Shown one piece after another: positions 57,970 to 64,000 of a DNA stretch of 64,000 nt. The stretch is from assembly GCA_013166835.1 (NCBI GenBank), contig JABLTI010000002.1, forward strand, positions 22,911-86,910, read 5' to 3'. Made by a program: the position numbers and the translations under genes. The DNA is from Promethearchaeati archaeon (GTDB lineage: Archaea; Asgardarchaeota; Heimdallarchaeia; JABLTI01). Below the pieces are notes generated by a model, which did no database searches, was not told where the DNA came from, and saw only the letters and a list, made by a program, of their open reading frames with translations. The stretch's first letter is position 1. Each line of letters begins with the position of its first letter.

Positions 57970-59601
57970 TTAGAGTAGTTTTCTTCTTTTAGTAAATACA
58001 TGGGTTAAAACCAGTACAGAGAATAATGCTATTCCACTACAGATTATTCCAAAACCTGGTAAACCATTTCTTTCAGGAACTTCAAGCATATTAATTTTCA
58101 TTAGAAATAAATCACAATCGCCCCCAAAGGAATTTTGGAAAGCATTCTGTGTTGGATAATCTGTTGATTTAGTGAATCCCGATACAACACAAGTGTTATT
58201 GTGATGAAAATCAATACCAACACCTAAATCCTCAGCTTCACCACCGAATAGTGTTGAGAATAAAATCTCTGAGCCATCTGATTTCAATCGTAAAACAAAG
58301 GTATCAGACTCGCTTAATGAGGATATATAACTTGTATTATGAGTTATTGGTAAATCAGATGATTTTGATTGACCTGTTACGAGTATATTGTTCTCTGCAT
58401 CCGTAGAAATAGCAAGACCAAATTCAACAGATGACCCTCCATAATAAGTGGAAAAATCAATCATCAAGGTTTCATGATTAAATTTCGAGATAAATAAATC
58501 ATACCCCCCAGCATGTTCACTTTGTATTACGCCTTCACTTGTTGGAAATGGTTTCGACATAGTGTACCCAGTAATGACGATATTATCCTCTGTGTCCATA
58601 GCTAAATCTGTGGCAATATCTAATGATGTCCCACCAAGAAAACTATTATATTCTAAAGTTCCATCCGGGAGGAATTTGGCTAGAAAGGCATCAAAGCTAC
58701 CTCCCGATACCTCTTGATATGCACCCGCGGTACTAAAATCCCCGGGGCCGATTTGTCCTGTGACGTAGAGATTTCCGTCTTTATCAAAACCTATGCCTTG
58801 TCCGTAATCACCACTTGCCCCACCTAGATAGGTTGAAAATAGTAATGATTGACCATCACTGGAAAATAGTGAAACATAGATATCTACATTACCACCAATA
58901 GTTGCTTGATGAGCATTTACTACGGGATAATCATCCGATAAAGTTCGACCAGTAATAGCTATACGATCATCTGGGTCTACTGCTAAACCGAAAACCCAAT
59001 CACTATCTTTACCACCAAGATAAGTTGAATACAATAATGTTTGACCATCCGCTGAAAGCTTACCAATAAAACATTCTGCATTTGAATCACTGCCACCATA
59101 AGAAACATTTTGATAAGGATTTACTAGGGGCAAGTCATATGAACCGGAGGTACCAGCAAAGACAATATTATCCATAGAATCAACATCTACAGCAGTAATC
59201 CAATCGTGAGCAAATCCACCAAAATACGTTGAAAATAGTAATGTTCCATTAGAACTAAATTTTGATATTGTTCCATCAATCAAATGACTTCTGTTTTCTT
59301 GATATGGGTTCAAAACAGGAAAATCGTCTGAAGCGGTTCGTCCAACAATTATTACGTTTCCTTGTGAGTCAACACAAGTTGCTCCAAGATATACCAATCC
59401 TTCCATTGAACCCTCTTCATCACCTGTTCCCCCTAAAAACGTGGAAAAATCAAGTAGTTCAAGCTCGGTTTCGGCACTTGTTTGAACTGACAATAATCCA
59501 TTTGCAGTAGTTTTTGAATTAGTAAACAAAAACAAACAGATTAAAGATAATCCAACTACAATCTTAATTTGATTTGTTCTCTGACTGAAAATAATTCCCA
59601 T
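57970..59601 (-). CDS. SBBP-repeat beta-propeller surface protein with PGF-like C-terminal sorting signal
   Basis: Repeated FSTYLGG...D..G.T.S.D.P units; signal peptide; PGFG, TM and KRRK at the C-terminus. Confidence 0.88.
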   Translation of the reverse strand: MGIIFSQRTNQIKIVVGLSLICLFLFTNSKTTANGLLSVQTSAETELELLDFSTFLGGTGDEEGSMEGLVYLGATCVDSQGNVIIVGRTASDDFPVLNPYQENRSHLIDGTISKFSSNGTLLFSTYFGGFAHDWITAVDVDSMDNIVFAGTSGSYDLPLVNPYQNVSYGGSDSNAECFIGKLSADGQTLLYSTYLGGKDSDWVFGLAVDPDDRIAITGRTLSDDYPVVNAHQATIGGNVDIYVSLFSSDGQSLLFSTYLGGASGDYGQGIGFDKDGNLYVTGQIGPGDFSTAGAYQEVSGGSFDAFLAKFLPDGTLEYNSFLGGTSLDIATDLAMDTEDNIVITGYTMSKPFPTSEGVIQSEHAGGYDLFISKFNHETLMIDFSTYYGGSSVEFGLAISTDAENNILVTGQSKSSDLPITHNTSYISSLSESDTFVLRLKSDGSEILFSTLFGGEAEDLGVGIDFHHNNTCVVSGFTKSTDYPTQNAFQNSFGGDCDLFLMKINMLEVPERNGLPGFGIICSGIALFSVLVLTHVFTKRRKLL

Positions 59602-59728
59602 TAATATACACCACTTTACATAATGTTTGAAGGTATATAAATAAGCTCAAAAATTCGAAATTATGAAAAAGTATATTTATACATTCATATAAATACTAGA
59701 AAAACTTGTTTTTAGATTAAAAACTTAG

Positions 59729-60796
59729 TTGAGTAAAATGAGTTTAGAAAGAGAACGCGAACTAATAATCGGTAATCTTAAAGAGGTTGAGCAGAAACTA
59801 GTTTCGTTCTATAAACTGGTGGGAAATATGACAGGTAGCAATAAGAAAGCTACAGAAATTTTTGCTTATTTGAAAATATATGATGCCTTAACCCAAGTTC
59901 AAATAAAGCAATTAACTAATTTTTCATCCAGTACTATTTCTACAACATTACAATCTTTTTTACAAACTAATATTGTAAGTCATGAGTTACTTAGGAATTC
60001 TCGAAAACACATTTACAAATTATTAAAGGATCGAGCGGTTTTTTATTACTATTCTAATGAATATATAATGGATAGATACGAGATTTTAGATAAAGAAATT
60101 ATTGACATTCAAGAAGGACTTCATGCATTTCATCAGAAATATCCATATACTACACAATTTCTTACCATTCGTTTAAATCATATACGAAATTACTATGAAG
60201 CACAACGCAGAGCAATAAACGATGAAAGTAAAATTGCCTTTCTACCAGAAGATGTATCTTCTGTTCAAAACCCAAATAATGAAGTGTTAATTCCTGCTGA
60301 ATTGAAAAAATTTGAGGATATGTTGTTACATATGTTCATACGTTCAAGTCAAACACAAAAAAGTGCTCCAATTATCAGTTATGTTATTCCATATTTTATC
60401 ACGAGAAGAGAATTAGATCAAGAGACAATATTACAGTTAACCAATTTATCACGAAGTACCGTTTCGCGATTATTACAAATAATAAGTAAAAATATCTATC
60501 TAAATAAATCACAAAGGGAATTTCGTAAACCAGTGAAATACTGTTTAGTATCATTCTCACTTTATATACTTAAAGGAATATTAACTGCGGATCAAATTAT
60601 TTTTTCATGGATTAGAACGTTAAATGATCTCCTAAATGATCTTCAAACAAATAAAAAATATGATCAAAATAGCCCAGATTATAACCATTTAATAACTAAA
60701 ATACAAGAAATTTTGAATGATATTAAGGAGCTCAAAGTTTCATCTAATCGTCTTGCCAAAGCTTTTGCCGAATTAGAATTTATTGTTAAAAAATAG
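59729..60796 (+). CDS. Tandem winged-helix (GbsR/MarR-like) regulator
   Basis: Two HTH repeats: LTQ.QIKQLTNFSSSTISTTL and LDQETILQLTNLSRSTVSRLL. Confidence 0.78.
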   Translation: MSKMSLERERELIIGNLKEVEQKLVSFYKLVGNMTGSNKKATEIFAYLKIYDALTQVQIKQLTNFSSSTISTTLQSFLQTNIVSHELLRNSRKHIYKLLKDRAVFYYYSNEYIMDRYEILDKEIIDIQEGLHAFHQKYPYTTQFLTIRLNHIRNYYEAQRRAINDESKIAFLPEDVSSVQNPNNEVLIPAELKKFEDMLLHMFIRSSQTQKSAPIISYVIPYFITRRELDQETILQLTNLSRSTVSRLLQIISKNIYLNKSQREFRKPVKYCLVSFSLYILKGILTADQIIFSWIRTLNDLLNDLQTNKKYDQNSPDYNHLITKIQEILNDIKELKVSSNRLAKAFAELEFIVKK

Positions 60797-61009
60797 TTAA
60801 GGAAATCTAGACCGTACTTTTAAAAAGATTACACCAAAAACAATAATTATTATCGGTTAGCAATAGCTCTGATAATACACACTGTAATATTATTATTTGA
60901 ATTGCATTGAGTACAGAATATTTGACCATATGAATAAATCTCATTGTTGATGATTATTCTTCGGTACGCTTTACAGATATATTGCCTACATTTTTCACAA
61001 GTAAAATCA

Positions 61010-61066
61010 CTTCCTTTTCCTGTGACGGGGACTTTCTTTGCCCCTGTCCTATTTTCATTTTCTCAG
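61010..61066 (+). repeat. Dispersed ~57-bp hairpin repeat, copy 3
   Basis: CTTCCTTTTCCTGTGACGGGGACTTTCTTTGCCCCTGTCCTATTTTCATTTTCTCAG. Confidence 0.95.
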
Positions 61067-61156
61067 ATATTTTTGATTCTGCTTCTTTCTTACGCAAAAG
61101 ATAAAAGCAATCCAGAGATTATTGTATTATTACAATTTTCCTGGGGTAGGTTTAAT

Positions 61157-61978
61157 TTGAAAGACGATGAAAAAGAGTTACTTGATGCAATTGAATATTC
61201 CATTTATATGTATGGTGAAGTGGAAGGAGTTGTTCAAAAGTTCAAGCATGAATTTTTGAAAGGAAATATTTGGAATAGTATTGATTTTGAAGAATACAAC
61301 CAAGTTGGTATGTCGCGATTACCTGAAGATAAAGTCGAAGAAGCAATTCAAGAAGTAATCAATACTTACACATCTATAGGTCTTACTAAGATTGGTTGGT
61401 TCGTTTCCCCACAATCTCAACCGTCAAATCTTACCAATTATCTTGAGAAACATGGTTTTACTAAAGAGATACCTGCTTGGGGAATGACTAGATCAATTCA
61501 AGAACCACTAGATATTTCTGTAACTGATGAGTTTGAGTTCAAAGAACTCAAAATTAATGAAGTAATGGCTTTCTTTGAAGATCCAGATTTTCGTAGGATG
61601 TTAGAACAATCTTATGGCATGCCTGAAGGTTCCGCAGATATTTTACGTTTTGGTTTAGCTGGAGCTTTAGAACTTGATTATACTGCTTATATTGCTTATG
61701 AAAAAGAAACCAATAAACCTGTAGCTTTTAGTGGTATTGTCTATATACCTAATACCAATATAGCACTTCTTGGAGGGGCTGCTACTTTACCTGAGTTTAG
61801 AAAACGAGGAATTTATACTGCTATGCTTAAGAAACGTTATGAAAAGGCTAAGCAAGATAATAAAACACACTTAATTCTTCAAGCTAAAGAAGCTACTTCA
61901 GCTCCTATCGCTTCTAAGTTTGGTTTCAATAAAATATGCGATATTGATGTCTATGTTTGGAGGAAAAATCCAGAATAA
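61157..61978 (+). CDS. GNAT-family N-acetyltransferase
   Basis: GAATLPEFRKRGIY acetyl-CoA motif and ..FGF; probable TTG start at 61157 (the ORF-track extension to 60944 merely reads through repeat copy 3). Confidence 0.88.
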   Translation: MKDDEKELLDAIEYSIYMYGEVEGVVQKFKHEFLKGNIWNSIDFEEYNQVGMSRLPEDKVEEAIQEVINTYTSIGLTKIGWFVSPQSQPSNLTNYLEKHGFTKEIPAWGMTRSIQEPLDISVTDEFEFKELKINEVMAFFEDPDFRRMLEQSYGMPEGSADILRFGLAGALELDYTAYIAYEKETNKPVAFSGIVYIPNTNIALLGGAATLPEFRKRGIYTAMLKKRYEKAKQDNKTHLILQAKEATSAPIASKFGFNKICDIDVYVWRKNPE

Positions 61979-62000
61979 TACTGTTATATCAATTAAATAT

Positions 62001-62057
62001 CTCCCTTTTCCTGTGACGGGGGCTTTCTTTGCCCCTGTCCTATTTTCACTTTCTCAG
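62001..62057 (+). repeat. Dispersed ~57-bp hairpin repeat, copy 4
   Basis: CTCCCTTTTCCTGTGACGGGGGCTTTCTTTGCCCCTGTCCTATTTTCACTTTCTCAG. Confidence 0.95.
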
Positions 62058-62118
62058 ATGCTATTTTATGTAAAAATTTTTAATCCTATATCATTTATTA
62101 CCCTTAGGGGATTCTATT

Positions 62119-63378
62119 TTGGTCTTGAAAACAAGTATCAAAAGTTGGGGTAGTCTATTCTTTATTTTTCTTTTTGTCTTTAATCAATTAATTTTCTTTG
62201 AAGCAGTTTCCTCTGGGAATAATTCTCAAAATATGAATTGTAATATTAACAGCTTTTCTGGAAATCCTGATGAGTCTTTTGAGCCTAATGATATTATTAA
62301 TGGTAATGTTGATTTGCTGGTTGTAGATGATTTTGTTATTACTATAGATGGATCTAGGGAAGGTATGCATTTTCTTGACATATCTAATCCTTCTAGACCA
62401 AAATCTCTAGATGTTAGCTTTGAACATGACAATTACTTAGTTGCATTGGCAAATATTGGAGACAATATACTATTTGCTTTACAATATCATAATATGAGCT
62501 ATTCTATTATGAAAATCGATTTAGCTCTTAGTTCTACTTCTTATACTGAAATTGCTTTTTTGAATAAATGGCTTCGTGGACTGAGTCTTACTAATAATAC
62601 CTTGTACAGTTATTCAATGGATTTCTACCTTGGTCTTGATGAGTTTTTGATTTATAATGCGACTAATCTTGATAATTTATCTTTGCTGGGGAATACTAAT
62701 CTAACAGGTATTGAACTTGGACGTAATTTTGTTGTTCATGATGATTTCGTTTACTTTCCTTCATATGGAAATAATCTTTCCATTTATCAGATTAATAGCT
62801 CATATCAACTTACATTCATTCATGATTATGCGTTTGATTACTACTGGGAAAGTATCTATTTTTATGAAAACTATCTTTTTACTTGCAGTGATTTTGGTCT
62901 CCAAGTTTATGATTATTCAAATCCTGCTAGCTTGTCTTTAGTAACACATTATAATATTTCTTCTGCACAATCGATTCGCATTAGAAATGATGTTGCGTAT
63001 TTGACAACGAGTGATTCCTTCACAATTCTCGATTTGAGCAATATCTTTACTCCACAAATTCTTGATCAATATATTATTGGTGAGAATGAATATACCGAGA
63101 TGTGGAAGATAGAATTACGTGATAATCTAGCTATTATTCTTACACAAGAAATGTGGATTTTTGACTATCCTCGTCAATTTGGAGGATATTTGTACATTTT
63201 TGACATTGGTTCCCCAACTGAAATTAATAGGCTTTATCCTAGAAGACTTCCTTCACTTGATGGTTTTACTTTTTCAATGATTCTCATAATATCAACAGGT
63301 GTACCTATACTGATAATTGCTATTCTTCTAGTTCTTCTACTACCAAAATTCCTTGCAGCTCGGAAAATAAAGGCCTAA
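62119..63378 (+). CDS. LVIVD-repeat beta-propeller membrane-anchored protein
   Basis: FLDISNP, VYDYSNP, ILDLSNI, IFDIGSP repeats; signal peptide and C-terminal TM. Confidence 0.85.
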   Translation: MVLKTSIKSWGSLFFIFLFVFNQLIFFEAVSSGNNSQNMNCNINSFSGNPDESFEPNDIINGNVDLLVVDDFVITIDGSREGMHFLDISNPSRPKSLDVSFEHDNYLVALANIGDNILFALQYHNMSYSIMKIDLALSSTSYTEIAFLNKWLRGLSLTNNTLYSYSMDFYLGLDEFLIYNATNLDNLSLLGNTNLTGIELGRNFVVHDDFVYFPSYGNNLSIYQINSSYQLTFIHDYAFDYYWESIYFYENYLFTCSDFGLQVYDYSNPASLSLVTHYNISSAQSIRIRNDVAYLTTSDSFTILDLSNIFTPQILDQYIIGENEYTEMWKIELRDNLAIILTQEMWIFDYPRQFGGYLYIFDIGSPTEINRLYPRRLPSLDGFTFSMILIISTGVPILIIAILLVLLLPKFLAARKIKA

Positions 63379-63451
63379 AAATAGATGTTTTTTTTTTAAA
63401 AAAAAAACCTATTCTTTTTTCTTGTACCTATCTTTTTTGATTTGTTCTTAA

Positions 63452-63512
63452 CACCCTTTTCCTGTGACGGGGGCTTTGTTTGTCCTCGTCCCAAATTCCT
63501 TTATTGTCTCAG
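63452..63512 (+). repeat. Dispersed hairpin repeat, copy 5 (diverged)
   Basis: CACCCTTTTCCTGTGACGGGGGCTTTGTTTGTCCTCGTCCCAAATTCCTTTATTGTCTCAG; stem preserved through G-C/G-T swaps. Confidence 0.9.
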
Positions 63513-63513
63513 T

Positions 63514-63999
63514 TTACTCTTTGATTAATGCTTCAATATTTTTCATTAATTCTTTCCATGTTTTCATTTGTTTCATTTTTTTGAATTCCTTATGATTCTC
63601 AAGGGTTTCTTTGAATTGTTTTGGATGATTTGGTCCCATTTCCACTAATTTGTTTAGCATCTCTATTGCTTCCTCATTTTTCTGTTGTCTGGCTAAAAGC
63701 TGAGCATATACGAAGTAATCTCGTCGGTCTTGTCTTTCTTTGAATACTTTCTTGATGTATTGTATTCCCACATCTGGTTTATCTAAAACTAGTCCTCTAT
63801 AAAATGCATTATATAAGAGGTGTTCTTTTTCATCATACATTCCATCTGCAGCTAGATAGCTTTTTTTCCTCACAAAGCCTACTTTTTCTGCTGTTCTCCA
63901 AGATCCTTCATTATCTTGATTGCAGTGCCATCCTATTTGATAGCCTTTTCCCTGGCCATATTCTACTGTTGCAGTTGTGCATAGTGCAGCAAATCCTCT
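63514..63999 (-). CDS. GNAT acetyltransferase with C-terminal TPR-like domain (5' part outside the window)
   Basis: Frame is open to the window edge: RGFAALCTTATVEYGQGKGYQIGWHCNQDNEGSWRTAEKVGF (GNAT motif B), then YAQLLA...EEAIEML (TPR-like). Confidence 0.8.
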   Translation of the reverse strand, partial: RGFAALCTTATVEYGQGKGYQIGWHCNQDNEGSWRTAEKVGFVRKKSYLAADGMYDEKEHLLYNAFYRGLVLDKPDVGIQYIKKVFKERQDRRDYFVYAQLLARQQKNEEAIEMLNKLVEMGPNHPKQFKETLENHKEFKKMKQMKTWKELMKNIEALIKE

Positions 64000-64000
64000 T

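Noticed and set aside
60944-61156. N-terminal extension of the GNAT ORF, and the small ORFs 61920..62153 and 57691..57885
   Set aside because: They merely read through the repeat (LPFPVTG.FFAPVLFS or its antisense) and have no independent coding signal.
294-62941. Numerous short antisense or overlapping ORFs in the ORF track (e.g. 294..614, 2222..2680, 29144..29458, 46227..46604, 48459..48803)
   Set aside because: Shadow frames of well-supported genes on the opposite strand or in another frame, with no recognisable motifs.
54415-63512. Repeats as a CRISPR array
   Set aside because: Copies are about 1-3.3 kb apart with whole genes between them and are longer than typical CRISPR repeats; no cas genes in the window.
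54415-63512. Repeats as canonical integron attC sites
   Set aside because: No conserved RYYYAAC/GTTRRRY ends and no end-to-end imperfect palindrome; no integrase in the window.
54415-63512. Repeats as ORB elements, SECIS elements, hammerhead ribozymes or spliceosomal 3' splice sites
   Set aside because: TTCCTGTG plus a G-run only loosely resembles an ORB, and the copies are not clustered around an unwinding element or cdc6. There is no SECIS core and no in-frame UGA in adjacent genes. The minus-strand CTGAGA..GAAA lacks the CUGANGA core and stems. The pyrimidine tract plus CAG has no matching donor sites or split ORFs.

Overview
This is an AT-rich archaeal chromosome segment, most consistent with an Asgard archaeon (Heimdallarchaeia-like; inferred from Rab- and Arf-family GTPases, a longin/DENN-like protein and archaeal housekeeping genes such as pfdB, map, kae1, sua5, pyrC and AMMECR1). 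The main observations are: (1) a five-gene operon at 18.4-21.9 kb with two membrane-anchored, Cys-less sulfite-oxidase-fold proteins, EcfT, MobB-FeS and an ECF S-component behind a 28-bp ModE-type box, a candidate molybdopterin/tungstopterin scavenging system; (2) five co-oriented ~57-bp hairpin repeats that split 54.4-63.5 kb into cassette-like units, one directly abutting a truncated gene; (3) a longin-wHTH-DENN-like gene, a coiled-coil/wHTH pair and an Arf-like GTPase in one cluster; (4) an unannotated box C/D guide RNA complementary to LSU rRNA helix 69; (5) a two-intron tRNA-Met whose 3' half is duplicated together with a neighbouring regulator gene; (6) a Rab-thioredoxin fusion. All calls come from reading motifs by eye; no database searches were run.
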